A stretch of 62,981 bases of DNA, filler included, from Candidatus Babelota bacterium (GCA_017999075.1; 9 parts of 9 records of this genome joined end to end with filler, not necessarily neighbours in it); one strand, 5' to 3'. Counted from the first letter of the whole stretch, positions 51,969-62,559 are shown. Notes: generated from the letters alone by a model not told the origin. Made by a program: numbers and translations.

Positions 51969-52068
51969 NNNNNNNNNNNNNNNNNNNNNNNNNNNNNNNN
52001 NNNNNNNNNNNNTTAATTAATTAANNNNNNNNNNNNNNNNNNNNNNNNNNNNNNNNNNNNNNNNNNNN
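51969..52068. other. Artificial contig linker
   Basis: N44-TTAATTAATTAA-N44. Confidence 0.98.
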
Positions 52069-52080
52069 TTATTATGCTAT

Positions 52081-52554
52081 TCAATATTTTTCTATTTCGT
52101 TAATCTCTAAAGCCACCCATTTTTTCTGATTGTCTCCAGAATCAGAATATTCTTTTATAAAAACTATTTTCAAGGATTCCAATCCATCAAGTTTGCCTAA
52201 CTGAACAGCTTCAAATCTTATAAGAACTTTTAATTTGAGTTCTGTTCTTTCAGATTCCACTTTAACAAAATCTTTTTTTAACAAAGTTATTTTGGCATTT
52301 TTAAAGTATTGTTTATTCTCTAAAATTTTTTTTTCCAAGTCAGTTTTAGAAATACCTCGTTTATCAAAGTATTTATTTGAAACAAAACTTAAAATTTTTT
52401 CTATTTTATTATTTTCAACAAATTCAATTGACGAATCAATTATTTTATTAATTTGTCTTTTAATCAAAAATTGTTTTAAAAATAAAACAGGAACAATTAT
52501 TAAAATTACAAATAAAACTATCAGTCCAGCAACAATTTTTTTATTTTTCAGCAT
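52081..52554 (-). CDS. Membrane-anchored hypothetical protein (possibly NTF2-like fold)
   Basis: N-terminal TM; overlaps the argF stop. Confidence 0.6.
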   Translation of the reverse strand: MLKNKKIVAGLIVLFVILIIVPVLFLKQFLIKRQINKIIDSSIEFVENNKIEKILSFVSNKYFDKRGISKTDLEKKILENKQYFKNAKITLLKKDFVKVESERTELKLKVLIRFEAVQLGKLDGLESLKIVFIKEYSDSGDNQKKWVALEINEIEKY

Positions 52555-53501
52555 CCTTGATTTTTCTTTTTCATATTTGAAGTTATAAGTAAATATAAAA
52601 CAGCTTTTTGAACATGCATTCTATTTTCAGCCTGATCAAATACAACGCTGTTCGGGCCATCAATAACATCATCGGTTATTTCTTCTCCTCTGTGCGCGGG
52701 CAGACAATGCATTATCATAACATCTGATTTTTTCGAAGCTTCCACTAATTTTTTATTTATCTGATAAGGTTTAAATATTTTAAGCCTTTGTTCTTTCTCC
52801 TGTTCCTGTCCCATACTCGTCCACACATCTGTATATATTACATCAGCATTTTCAACAGCAGCATATGGATCTTCAGTTATTTCAAGTTTTGATTTAGAAT
52901 GTTTCGCATCTTCAATGGCTTTTTCAACAATATGTTCATTCGGATAATATCCTTTAGGGCATGCAAGGCTTATATCAATACCTACTTTTACAGCTCCATA
53001 CATTAAAGAATGCGCGACATTGTTGCCGTCTCCAACATATGCAACTTTTAATCCCTGCAGTTTTCCCCGATTTTCAAATATGGTATAATAATCAGCAAGA
53101 GCCTGGCAAGGATGAAGTAAATCGCTTAAAGCATTTATTACCGGAACATCAGCCTGATATGCAAGATCAATCACATTATTATGTGCAAAAGTTCTTATTA
53201 TAATCGCATCAACATATCTTGACAGTGTTTTAGCTGTATCTCCTATAGATTCACCGCGTCTCAATTGAATATCATTTGAATTTAAATAAAGCGCATGACC
53301 GCCAAGCTGAAACATACCAACTTCAAATGAAACTCTTGTACGCGTCGACGGTTTTTCAAAAATCATCCCAAGAGTTTTACCTTTTAACGGAAGAAACTCT
53401 TCTCCGGCTTTTAATTTTTCTTTCAAATCTGCTGTTGTCTTGAAAATCTGTTTTAAATCTTCAATCGACAAATCATGAATAGAAATCAAATTTTCCATCA
53501 T
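52548..53501 (-). CDS. argF: Ornithine carbamoyltransferase
   Basis: STRTR, HPCQ, SMG, HCLP. Confidence 0.96.
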   Translation of the reverse strand: MMENLISIHDLSIEDLKQIFKTTADLKEKLKAGEEFLPLKGKTLGMIFEKPSTRTRVSFEVGMFQLGGHALYLNSNDIQLRRGESIGDTAKTLSRYVDAIIIRTFAHNNVIDLAYQADVPVINALSDLLHPCQALADYYTIFENRGKLQGLKVAYVGDGNNVAHSLMYGAVKVGIDISLACPKGYYPNEHIVEKAIEDAKHSKSKLEITEDPYAAVENADVIYTDVWTSMGQEQEKEQRLKIFKPYQINKKLVEASKKSDVMIMHCLPAHRGEEITDDVIDGPNSVVFDQAENRMHVQKAVLYLLITSNMKKKNQGC

Positions 53502-53517
53502 AAAAAATCACCAGTCC

Positions 53518-54714
53518 TTATTTTGATAATTTCGAATAAACCGTATTCAAAGTATCTTTTAATATTTTTACCGATTCATCTATTGTTTTTCGATCTATAA
53601 TCAAAGGAGGCACAATACGTATAACATTATTATGAATAGAGTTAATTAATAAACCTCTCTTTTCGGCTTCAACTTGTATATCATTTCCGCAATCTTTTTT
53701 TAATTCAATTCCAACTATCAATCCAATTCCTCTTACTTCTTTTACAAGATTATGTTTCAAGCCACATATTTTCTTTTTAAAATATTCGCCTTTTTCAAAA
53801 ATTTTATGTAAATTTGATTCATTTAAATAATCCACAACAATTTCAGCTGCAGCACATGCAAGCGGACCTCCGCCAAACGTAGATGCATGATCTCCCGGTA
53901 AAAACGATTCAGCAACATTTTTTCTTGCAAACATTATACCCATCGGAACTCCTGCAGCTATACCTTTTGCAATTGTTACTATATCCGGCTTTATTCCATA
54001 ATTTTCAAAACAAAAAAACTTTCCGGTTCTTCCTGTTCCTGTCTGAACTTCATCTATAATCAACAGCATCCGATTTTTTTTACACAATTCAGCCAATTCT
54101 TTCACAAATTTTTTTTCAGCTAAATTTATACCTCCTTCACACTGAATTAATTCTATCATAACAGCCGACATTTTTTTATTAATCAATTTTTTAACTGATT
54201 CGATATTATTAAAATCGGCATAATAAAATTCAGGAGGAAGAGGTCTGAAGGGATTATGATATTTTGACTGTCCAGTAGCGGTAACAGTTGCCATAGTCCG
54301 CCCGTGAAACGAATTAAAAAAAGTTATAATTCCAGCTTTATCCGGGTTACTCATATATTTTCTTGTCAATTTAATTGCAGCTTCATTAGCTTCAGCTCCG
54401 CTATTGCAATAAAACATTTTATATTCATTTTTTACAATTTCAGATAATTTTTCAGACAATTTCAATTGAGGAATATTATGATATAAATTCGAAACATGTA
54501 TAAGTTTTTTCACCTGACAGCTTATAGCTTCTATTATTTTCGGATGAGAATGACCCAAAGAACTCACAGCAATTCCACTCAATAAATCAATATATCTTTT
54601 ACCTGAAGAATCAAATACATTACAACCTGAACCATATTCCAAAACAAGACGCCTTTCCCCATAAGTCGGACAAATTGATTTATTTAATATTTTTTTTGCT
54701 TTTTCTATATTCAT
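53518..54714 (-). CDS. argD: Acetylornithine aminotransferase
   Basis: NSGAEANE, FHGRT, DEVQTG.GRTG, AKG, TFGG; adjacent to argF. The start is uncertain at the contig edge. Confidence 0.92.
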   Translation of the reverse strand: MNIEKAKKILNKSICPTYGERRLVLEYGSGCNVFDSSGKRYIDLLSGIAVSSLGHSHPKIIEAISCQVKKLIHVSNLYHNIPQLKLSEKLSEIVKNEYKMFYCNSGAEANEAAIKLTRKYMSNPDKAGIITFFNSFHGRTMATVTATGQSKYHNPFRPLPPEFYYADFNNIESVKKLINKKMSAVMIELIQCEGGINLAEKKFVKELAELCKKNRMLLIIDEVQTGTGRTGKFFCFENYGIKPDIVTIAKGIAAGVPMGIMFARKNVAESFLPGDHASTFGGGPLACAAAEIVVDYLNESNLHKIFEKGEYFKKKICGLKHNLVKEVRGIGLIVGIELKKDCGNDIQVEAEKRGLLINSIHNNVIRIVPPLIIDRKTIDESVKILKDTLNTVYSKLSK

Positions 54715-54726
54715 AGTTTCCCACAC

Positions 54727-54826
54727 NNNNNNNNNNNNNNNNNNNNNNNNNNNNNNNNNNNNNNNNNNNNTTAATTAATTAANNNNNNNNNNNNNNNNNN
54801 NNNNNNNNNNNNNNNNNNNNNNNNNN
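54727..54826. other. Artificial contig linker
   Basis: N44-TTAATTAATTAA-N44. Confidence 0.98.
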
Positions 54827-55159
54827 GGGTATATTCAATGCCATAGTTCTTTTATTTTCATTTTTAAGTTTTGTCCATACAGGAATTCCTCGGTTAGCAT
54901 CATAAAGATTAAATTTCAACTGGAAATCTTCTGACAAATCATAGAACCCGTAAACATTATGAACTGCAGGGTTCTGACCGGTAAAAAATGAAGTCCACGC
55001 TGTAGACGATACTGCAGGAAGCGACGAATTCATTGCTCTGAATATACCTTTATCTATAATAGATTTTACAAACGGCATAACCCCGTTATCAGTATATTTT
55101 TTTATAAGTTCATAAGGAACGCCGTCAAGTCCTATTATCAAATTTTTAGAATCAGACAT
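54827..55159 (-). CDS. Alkaline phosphatase superfamily (phosphodiesterase/NPP-like) protein, 3' partial
   Basis: IIGLDG...P..S..AWTS..TG.NP..H...GF. Confidence 0.82.
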
Positions 55160-56376
55160 TATAAAATAATTCCTCCAGCCACAACATTATTATCCCTGGA
55201 CAATACAAATCTTCCTAATTCAGGCATAATATTAAAATCATAAAAAACCAATTCGCCTTTAATATCGATTTTCACAGTAGCAGATTCATATTGGGTAATT
55301 TCATCTAAAGATTTTTTTTCTGTAAAATCAGATGTATTCACAATATTTTCAATAATATTAATTACGCATTTTTTTTCCTGAGTAACGCAATTTATCATTA
55401 TTTTGTCGCCGAGTTTATAAGGTTTTCTATCAAGCCATATTATTTTGGCTTTTATCTGATCAGATATTTTTAAAATTTCCGGAGAATTAGCTGCGACTTC
55501 TCCTCGCTCAATAAAATAAGAATCTTTTATGGTAATCCCTATGCATTCGCCTTTATCTGCAGATTCTACATTTTTCATAAAAACTTCAACGCCTGTAACA
55601 TTCGATTTCTTTTTAGACGGTAAAAAATAAATATCCTGATTTTTCTTCATAACTCCGCTTTCTATCCTGCCTACATGTATCCGTTTATCATCTATCCTGT
55701 AAACATCCTGAATAGGAAAACATAAAATTTCACTTGATTCCATACTAACTTTTTTTATGTTGTCAAGAGTATCAAGCAGTATATCTCCTTTATAAAAATC
55801 TGTGTTTTTACTTTTAATTGCAATATTGTCGCCTTTTTTTGCAGAGATTGGAATAAAAGAATAAGTTTCAAATTTTAATGACTCGAATATTTCAGTAAGT
55901 TTTGTTTTTAATTCATTATATCTGGCTTCACTGTAATCCACCCTATCGATTTTATTTATAACTGCTATAACCTGTTTAATCCCTATGAGAGCAAGCATAT
56001 ATGAATGACGCCGTGTTTGTTCCCTCACTCCTTCTTCTGCATCAATAACAAGTATTGCAGCTTCAGCCTGAGTAGCTCCTGTAAGCATATTCTTAATAAA
56101 TTCTATATGACCAGGCGCATCTATTATCGTATACTGTCTTTTTTTTGTTTTGAAAAAGGTCTGAGTTGTATCTATTGTTATTCCCTGATTTCGTTCTTCT
56201 TCAAGGGCATCCAATATATAAGCATATTCAAAATCGCGTCCCTGCATATCGCAAGTAGCTTTTATCTCATCTATTTTTTCTTTAGGAAAACAACCGGTAT
56301 CAAAAAACAACCTGCCAATCAGAGTTGATTTACCGTGATCAACATGACCGGTAATTACTATATTTAAATTTTCCAT
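55159..56376 (-). CDS. cysN: Sulfate adenylyltransferase GTPase subunit
   Basis: [29 protein letters not shown]; directly downstream of cysD. Confidence 0.9.
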   Translation of the reverse strand: MENLNIVITGHVDHGKSTLIGRLFFDTGCFPKEKIDEIKATCDMQGRDFEYAYILDALEEERNQGITIDTTQTFFKTKKRQYTIIDAPGHIEFIKNMLTGATQAEAAILVIDAEEGVREQTRRHSYMLALIGIKQVIAVINKIDRVDYSEARYNELKTKLTEIFESLKFETYSFIPISAKKGDNIAIKSKNTDFYKGDILLDTLDNIKKVSMESSEILCFPIQDVYRIDDKRIHVGRIESGVMKKNQDIYFLPSKKKSNVTGVEVFMKNVESADKGECIGITIKDSYFIERGEVAANSPEILKISDQIKAKIIWLDRKPYKLGDKIMINCVTQEKKCVINIIENIVNTSDFTEKKSLDEITQYESATVKIDIKGELVFYDFNIMPELGRFVLSRDNNVVAGGIIL

Positions 56377-56426
56377 AATGTTATGGTATCCTCCATTATT
56401 TTTTCAAGCAATTTTTTATAACTAAA

Positions 56427-57230
56427 TCACATATATCCCAATGCTCTTAATTTCTGCATTACGTAAACCGATTCTTTATCCTGCGCTCTACCGGAACGTT
56501 CTGAAACCTTTGTTGTTCTCAATTCTTCAACAATGCTTTCTATAGTATCTGCTTTTGATTCAACAGGCATGCAGCAGCATTCGCAGCCTATGCTGCGAAA
56601 ACGTTTTTCTCCATTAGAAAAATATAAATTAACAACAGGTATATTCTCCCGTAAAATATATTCCCAAATATCTATCTCCCTCCAGTGAAGTAGAGGGTGA
56701 ACTCTGAAATGATCATCGCTTTCGTTCTGAGATTTATACTGATCCCATAATTCCGCAGGCTGGTCTTTATAATTCCATTTGAAATCCTCGTCGCGCGGAG
56801 AAAAATAACGTTCTTTTGCTCGTATCCCGTGTTCATCACGTCTTATTCCAAGCAGTATCCCGGAAAATTTATTTTTAGCTAATATTTGTTTTAAAGCTTC
56901 AGTTTTAAGCAAATTACAGCAGGCCAATTTTTCATTACAGTCAGGTCCCATTCCATCGGCCAAAGCTTTTTCATTTCTTCCAACAATAAGTTTTAAATCC
57001 CATTCCTTCACATATTTATCGCGGAATTCATAAATTTCCTTAAATTTATACGACGTATCTATATGTATTACAGGAAACGGTATTTTGCCATAAAATGCTT
57101 TCCTGACCATCCATAAAAGAGTAGTCGAATCTTTCCCTATTGACCACAATTGAGCTATATTTCTGAAACGCGCATAAGCTTCTCTGATAATATAAATGCT
57201 CTTATTTTCCAATTCATCTAAATAATTCAT
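56427..57230 (-). CDS. cysD: Sulfate adenylyltransferase subunit 2
   Basis: SIGKDS, HIDT, RRDE..RAKER.FS, RVHPL..W, C-terminal GYM. Confidence 0.94.
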   Translation of the reverse strand: MNYLDELENKSIYIIREAYARFRNIAQLWSIGKDSTTLLWMVRKAFYGKIPFPVIHIDTSYKFKEIYEFRDKYVKEWDLKLIVGRNEKALADGMGPDCNEKLACCNLLKTEALKQILAKNKFSGILLGIRRDEHGIRAKERYFSPRDEDFKWNYKDQPAELWDQYKSQNESDDHFRVHPLLHWREIDIWEYILRENIPVVNLYFSNGEKRFRSIGCECCCMPVESKADTIESIVEELRTTKVSERSGRAQDKESVYVMQKLRALGYM

Positions 57231-57265
57231 ACAATCACTTCCAAATAATACTTATTTTTATTAAT

Positions 57266-57480
57266 TTAACTAATATTACCAAAAATATATTCTTTAGTCA
57301 AATCTTTTTTCGGATTATTAAATATTTCTTTAGATGGCCCGCATTCTATGACTTCACCTAAATACATAAATATTATATAATCAGCAATTCTTTTGGCCTG
57401 CCTTAAAATATGAGTAACTATAACAAATGTATATTTACTTTTCAATTCCATAAATCTGGATTCAATAAATTTACTTGATA
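57266..57480 (-). CDS. pstB: PstB-like phosphate ABC ATPase, C-terminal fragment
   Basis: ELKSKYTFVIVTH...QA.RIADY..F.YLGEVIE.G....IF.NP....T..YI.G. Confidence 0.75.
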
Positions 57481-57580
57481 NNNNNNNNNNNNNNNNNNNN
57501 NNNNNNNNNNNNNNNNNNNNNNNNTTAATTAATTAANNNNNNNNNNNNNNNNNNNNNNNNNNNNNNNNNNNNNNNNNNNN
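57481..57580. other. Artificial contig linker
   Basis: N44-TTAATTAATTAA-N44. Confidence 0.98.
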
Positions 57581-58868
57581 AGAGTCCGGGTGCGCTGGCG
57601 GAACTTGTTTAAACAAAGGATGCATACCTACGACTTTGCTTTTGAATACTGCGGAATTTATAAAAAAACTCAAATACAGTTCTGAATTCGGAATTGATCT
57701 GCCGTCAGGATATAAAATAAATATTGATAAAATTATTTTACGGAAAAACAGCGTAATTGAAATACACAGGAAAGGAATAAGACAATCGTTTAAATCTTTT
57801 AAAATAGATTATATTGAAGGAACTGCATCTTTTATTGACAATCATTCTCTTTCTGTTATTTTGAATGAAACAGGGAATCGACATATAATAACAGGGAATG
57901 ATATTGTCATAGCTTCAGGAGGCATACCATTTGTTCCGAAAGAATACAAAGTTGACAATAAAAATATATTTATTACAGAACAGATTCTGGAACTTAATGA
58001 AATACCTAAAAAACTTGCGATTCTAGGCGCTGGAGTAACAGGTTGTGAATTTGCTTATTTTTATAATGAACTCGGATGCGAGGTATATTTAATCGAGCTT
58101 GCGGAAAAGATTCTTCCGATAAATCTGGATGAAGATATTCATAAAATTTTTGTCAGGGAACTGAAAAAAAATAAAATAAATGTTATTACAGGTTCTAAAA
58201 TCATTTCAAACGAAATAACAGACTCAGGAATTAATTTAAAATTTGACAACGGGAATTTTTTAATAACCGATAAATTGCTGCTAACTCTTGGCAGGCGCGG
58301 TTCTTCATTAAATCTTAATCTTGATTCGTTAGGGATAAAAACCGGAGAAAAAGGATTTATTCCGGTAAATGATTTCTATCAGACTTCTGTTTCTAATATA
58401 TTTGCGATAGGAGATGTTGCTGGAAAATTTTTATATGCGCATACTGCATCGGCTGAAGGAATATTGGTTGCAGAATATATTATGGGTAAAAGAGAAAAAA
58501 ATAATTTCAGCAATATTCCGTTTACTATTTTTACATATCCGGAAATAGGCTGGGCAGGATTGACTGAAGAAGAAGCTGTTATGAAGAATATTCCGATTAA
58601 GAAGGGAGTATTTCATTTCAGATCTTCAGGAAGAGCCCACACACTCGGAGAAATAAGCGGACTTGTAAAATTGTTAATAGATTCAAGAACAGGTTATATA
58701 ATAGGCGCTCATATTATAGGTTCGCGCGCTACGGATTTGATTCATACCGTGACTCTTGCAATGACGCAGAATATTAAAATAAGTGAGTTGACTGAACTGA
58801 TAGCTGCTCATCCGTCTATGACTGAATCATTAGTTGAAGCAGCTAATATTATTGATGAGGAAATATAA
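57581..58868 (+). CDS. lpdA: Dihydrolipoamide dehydrogenase, 5' partial
   Basis: In-frame upstream GGTCLNKGCIP; GAGVTGCE; AIGDV; HPSMTE. Confidence 0.88.
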
Positions 58869-58874
58869 TTTTAT

Positions 58875-59879
58875 ATGAAAAAAATCGGGATAATAGGCGC
58901 TGGAAGCTGGGGGACGGCAATTTCTATTGTATTGTTTAATAATGGGCATTCTGTAACATTATGGGATAAGTATTCTGATAATTTGGATGCTATAAGATTA
59001 AACAATGAAAATAGAAAATTTCTTCCTGGAATTAAAATTCCTGAAGAAATTTTATTAGAGTATGATTTTAATTCCCTTGTAGAATCAAATGAAATTATAG
59101 TATTTGCAATTCCTGCTCAGTTTATAAGAACGGTTATTGTTTCAATACCTCCTGTAAAATTTGAAAAAAAAATTATTGTTAATCTTGCAAAAGGAATAGA
59201 AACTTTTTCTTTGAAATTATTATCTGAAATATTTGCTGAAATTTTTGGTAAAGATATTTTAAGCAGGTTTTGTGTTTTAACAGGTCCTTCCCATGCAGAA
59301 GAAGTTTCAAAATTAAAACCTACGTCTATAATTGCAGCTTCAAAAAAAAATGAAACTGCAGAATTAATACAATCGGTGTTTTCAAATAAATTTTTCAGAG
59401 TTTATACTAATTCTGATTTGACAGGCGCTGAGATTGGCGGTGCAGTGAAAAATATAATTGCTATTGCGGCAGGAGTTTGCGACGGGCTTAAACTCGGAGA
59501 TAATGCCAGAGCCGCTTTAATTACAAGAGGTTTGGCTGAGATAACGAGATTCGGGGTTAAATTAGGCGCTGATGAGCGGACATTTTCAGGACTATCAGGA
59601 TTGGGAGATCTTGTTGTTACTTGCGGAAGCATACATAGCCGTAATTATAAATGCGGTCTGCTGTTAGCTGAAAATTATGATATTGATAGGATTAAAACTG
59701 AGATAAATCAGATTATAGAAGGAATAGATACTGTAAAATCAGCTTATAGATTATCAAAAAAATTCGATATTGATATGCCTATTACTGAGCAGGTATATAA
59801 TTTGATTTGCGGAAATATTTCTGCTGAAACTGCTGTGAAGCAATTAATGGAACGTATGGCAAAACCTGAATTTGTATAA
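58875..59879 (+). CDS. gpsA: NAD(P)H-dependent glycerol-3-phosphate dehydrogenase
   Basis: GAGSWGTA, KGIE, GPSHAEEV, KNIIAIA, GLGDL..TC.S..SRN. Confidence 0.96.
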   Translation: MKKIGIIGAGSWGTAISIVLFNNGHSVTLWDKYSDNLDAIRLNNENRKFLPGIKIPEEILLEYDFNSLVESNEIIVFAIPAQFIRTVIVSIPPVKFEKKIIVNLAKGIETFSLKLLSEIFAEIFGKDILSRFCVLTGPSHAEEVSKLKPTSIIAASKKNETAELIQSVFSNKFFRVYTNSDLTGAEIGGAVKNIIAIAAGVCDGLKLGDNARAALITRGLAEITRFGVKLGADERTFSGLSGLGDLVVTCGSIHSRNYKCGLLLAENYDIDRIKTEINQIIEGIDTVKSAYRLSKKFDIDMPITEQVYNLICGNISAETAVKQLMERMAKPEFV

Positions 59880-59886
59880 TATAATT

Positions 59887-60234
59887 ATGAAAAATTCAAC
59901 TTTGGATTATTATAATTTGAATGCTGAATCTTATTTTGAACTGACTTCTTCTATAGAATTAAGTTCAACGTATGATTCTGTTGAAAAATATTTTGTTGAA
60001 AAAACAGGAGTGTTGATAGATTTAGGAAGCGGTTCGGGACGCGATAGCAATCAACTAATATTGAGAAAATATAATGTGATAAGCGTTGATTTGTCTGAAA
60101 AATTGCTGAAAATTTCAAAAAAAAAATTTGATTTGGAAAAAGTTTGTCTGGCAGATTTTATGAAATTGCCTTTTAAAAATAGGGCGGTAAAGTATATATT
60201 TGCAAGTGCTTCGCTTCTTCATATTCCTAAAAAA
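59887..60234 (+). CDS. Class I SAM-dependent methyltransferase, 3' partial
   Basis: TLDYYN, DLGSGSGRD, ASASLLH. Confidence 0.85.
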
Positions 60235-60334
60235 NNNNNNNNNNNNNNNNNNNNNNNNNNNNNNNNNNNNNNNNNNNNTTAATTAATTAANNNNNNNNNN
60301 NNNNNNNNNNNNNNNNNNNNNNNNNNNNNNNNNN
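60235..60334. other. Artificial contig linker
   Basis: N44-TTAATTAATTAA-N44. Confidence 0.98.
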
Positions 60335-60524
60335 TAATTGGGTCATTCAAATTAGCATATCCGAACATTATATTAAAATCTTCCTGTGATACTTCCGAGA
60401 TATACCAATCACAGCCGCCGATAAAAAAATGCAGATATATAATTGCGTTTTCCGTTTTAACAGATTCCTGTGCATATAAATCTGGAATTTGTTTTAATTC
60501 CTCGATAGTCGGTTTATTCCACAT
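60335..60524 (-). CDS. DUF2958-like mobile-element protein, 3' partial
   Basis: IPDLYAQE...LHFF.GGCDWYISE....MFGY pattern. Confidence 0.7.
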
Positions 60525-60898
60525 TATTTTGTCGCCTCAGATTTAACAGGTTCAGCAACGAATTCCTCTTTAACTAAATTATTACGCAGGCATTCGTCTA
60601 ATAATTGTTTTAATCCTAAATGGTACCAGCCTAAAACCGATTTATTGCCTTTGCAAAGTGACCGAAGATAGCGGAGCTTCTCATCTCTCGAAAGCTGGAA
60701 GTATTTACGATTTTTCATTTCCGGCTTAATTGAGAATAAACTTTTTGATTCAACTTTCTTTTTAGAATCTTGTTTAGAATCTTTTTTAACTTGTGGCTTA
60801 TCGTTTTTAACAGGTTTTTTTTTGTTATTAGTGATTTTGTTCAGCTCTTTTGATTTTTCCTTTTTTACTTCGTCTTTTTTAACATTTAATTTTTCCAT
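60524..60898 (-). CDS. Lys-rich hypothetical protein
   Basis: AGGAGGT RBS; stop overlaps the start of the DUF2958-like gene. Confidence 0.7.
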   Translation of the reverse strand: MEKLNVKKDEVKKEKSKELNKITNNKKKPVKNDKPQVKKDSKQDSKKKVESKSLFSIKPEMKNRKYFQLSRDEKLRYLRSLCKGNKSVLGWYHLGLKQLLDECLRNNLVKEEFVAEPVKSEATK

Positions 60899-60986
60899 TT
60901 TAATAATACCTCCTAAAATTTATTTATACTATTACCTTCCCCTATTATTTTTAATATGGCAACTTTTATAAGACCCGGTAAATTGC

Positions 60987-61090
60987 GGTGTCTGAACGAT
61001 AGGTTAGTTTTATAATTTTATAGAAGACGGTTGAACTGCATAAAATACAGGCTTTCAAAAGAATAATAAAAGTATAAAAAAACGCAGTTG
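60987..61090. repeat. Imperfect direct repeat, copy 1 (partner at 62560-62669)
   Basis: TGAACGAT...TTTATAGAA...TGCAnAAAATACAGGCTTT...AGTTG shared in order; AAAATACAGGCTTT exact at 61042-61055. Confidence 0.7.
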
Positions 61091-61566
61091 ACAGGGAATT
61101 ATTTTGGAAAAATCGTTATCTCCCTTATTTCTCAGGCGGTAATAATCCGTGATATTTCAGGGTAATCCGCGATATTACGAATATTATTTTTATCCGGTTA
61201 TCACTTTTAAGAAAATCCGATAGGGACAAATTCTGTGCGGAAACATGTAACCTCGGTCGAATTCTTTTTTAGTAATTATCTGCAACAGGGAATATCATTT
61301 GGTTAGATGAAATAGGAAGTTGAAAGCAGTTATAAATTATTGTAATTGGCGGTTAACTGGCAGATAAATGCAGAGATAAGGCGGTAATCCGTTCAAAATC
61401 TGTTAAGAAGTTGTGCGGAGCACTGCGATATATAACAGGTAAGAAATCGTTTGATTATTGTTTAGATGAATAGGTATACTCGGTTGGATATAATCGTTTG
61501 AAATATACCGGTAATAATAAGCGGCGTTAAAAATGATTGAAAGATTTTGACCGTTATTTTTTTATT

Positions 61567-61597
61567 GCCCGGTAGGATTACAAAAATCCTACCGGGC
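61567..61597. terminator. Perfect 13-bp hairpin downstream of the recombinase
   Basis: GCCCGGTAGGATT-acaaa-AATCCTACCGGGC; no U-tract in the recombinase orientation. Confidence 0.65.
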
Positions 61598-61610
61598 TTA
61601 CTATATTTTA

Positions 61611-62447
61611 TTAACTTGCCCGCGATTGTAATATTTCGATAATTTCATTTTGCTTCTTTTTAGAGATAATCGGCTTGTGGTTTCCTTTTCTGCTTTGTTT
61701 CCAGAATTTGGCTGAAGCCGAAATCGTACTGTTTTTCAAAACATATAATAACGTACTAACATACCAGTACTTGCCTCGTTTCGGTTTTAATACATTATCA
61801 CCATTATCAATTTTCCGATTCAATTCCTTCACGATAGAGAATAAACTTTGATTCTGTAATCTATCTACAATATCACGGATGAACTCGCAATACTCGTCAT
61901 TTATTACTAAATTTCCATTTTCCGATTTATAACCATAACTTACCGCTGAACCTGCGAATGCCGCGCCAGTATATTTTTTATTCTTTTGTACAGCGTCTTT
62001 CTCAAATTTTGCTTTACGGCCTGCTCGAAGTCTTTCGACGATGAGCTGTTTTTCAAGCTGTGAGAATACCGCCGATATTTGTTTGAAAGCAGTACTCATT
62101 GCATTTTCTTCTAAGTTAGAAGGGTCAAGTACTGATAATATTTTTGCTCCATTTTTATTTATTTGTTCTTCGATAAATAATGATATAGCTAAGTTCCTGG
62201 CGATTCTACAATTTTTATAAACTATAACATAATCAATTTTGTTATTCTTTAATGTTTCAAATAATTGAAGTATTCCTTTTCTGTCTTTGATTTCAGCAGA
62301 GCCGCTTACCTGTTCTTTTATAACTTCTACAACTTCAATATTTTTTTCTTTTGCTAATGTTTGGCATGCTGAAATTTGCAAATCAAACCCAAACCCTTTT
62401 TCTTCTTGACCTGATGTTGAAACTCTTGCGTAAATTATTGCTTTCAT
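61611..62447 (-). CDS. Serine recombinase (resolvase catalytic domain + recombinase domain, no Zn-ribbon/coiled coil)
   Basis: YARVST catalytic Ser, SG...DRKG, RIAR, E...I.ER..AG, YGY...G.LVIN, RGKYW..STL, H.PIIS; AGGGAG RBS. Confidence 0.9.
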   Translation of the reverse strand: MKAIIYARVSTSGQEEKGFGFDLQISACQTLAKEKNIEVVEVIKEQVSGSAEIKDRKGILQLFETLKNNKIDYVIVYKNCRIARNLAISLFIEEQINKNGAKILSVLDPSNLEENAMSTAFKQISAVFSQLEKQLIVERLRAGRKAKFEKDAVQKNKKYTGAAFAGSAVSYGYKSENGNLVINDEYCEFIRDIVDRLQNQSLFSIVKELNRKIDNGDNVLKPKRGKYWYVSTLLYVLKNSTISASAKFWKQSRKGNHKPIISKKKQNEIIEILQSRAS

Positions 62448-62559
62448 TTTTTTACTCCCTTACTTTTAAATTTTCTTTTGCGGTAATCCGCTTTTAATAC
62501 TTTAAATATACCTCAGATTTGTTAAATCGACAACGGCGCAGAATACTGCGTGAATAGCA

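Noticed and set aside
2776-59632. Numerous 60-170 aa ORFs antisense to or nested in well-supported genes (e.g. 20595-21116, 11504-11917, 52235-52588)
   Set aside because: Shadow ORFs with no motifs, overlapping confident CDSs.
12401-60334. Recurrent TTAATTAATTAA motif inside N runs, and ORFs ending in X runs
   Set aside because: Artificial six-frame-stop contig linker. Complete contigs fall in decreasing length (12348, 12098, 12060, 2662, 2658, 2654, 2654), so adjacency across linkers is not biological.
61091-61560. CRISPR array
   Set aside because: The repeats are short, degenerate and irregularly spaced, and no cas genes are present.
61611-62447. IS607 TnpA with TnpB
   Set aside because: No N-terminal HTH before the catalytic domain and no tnpB ORF downstream.
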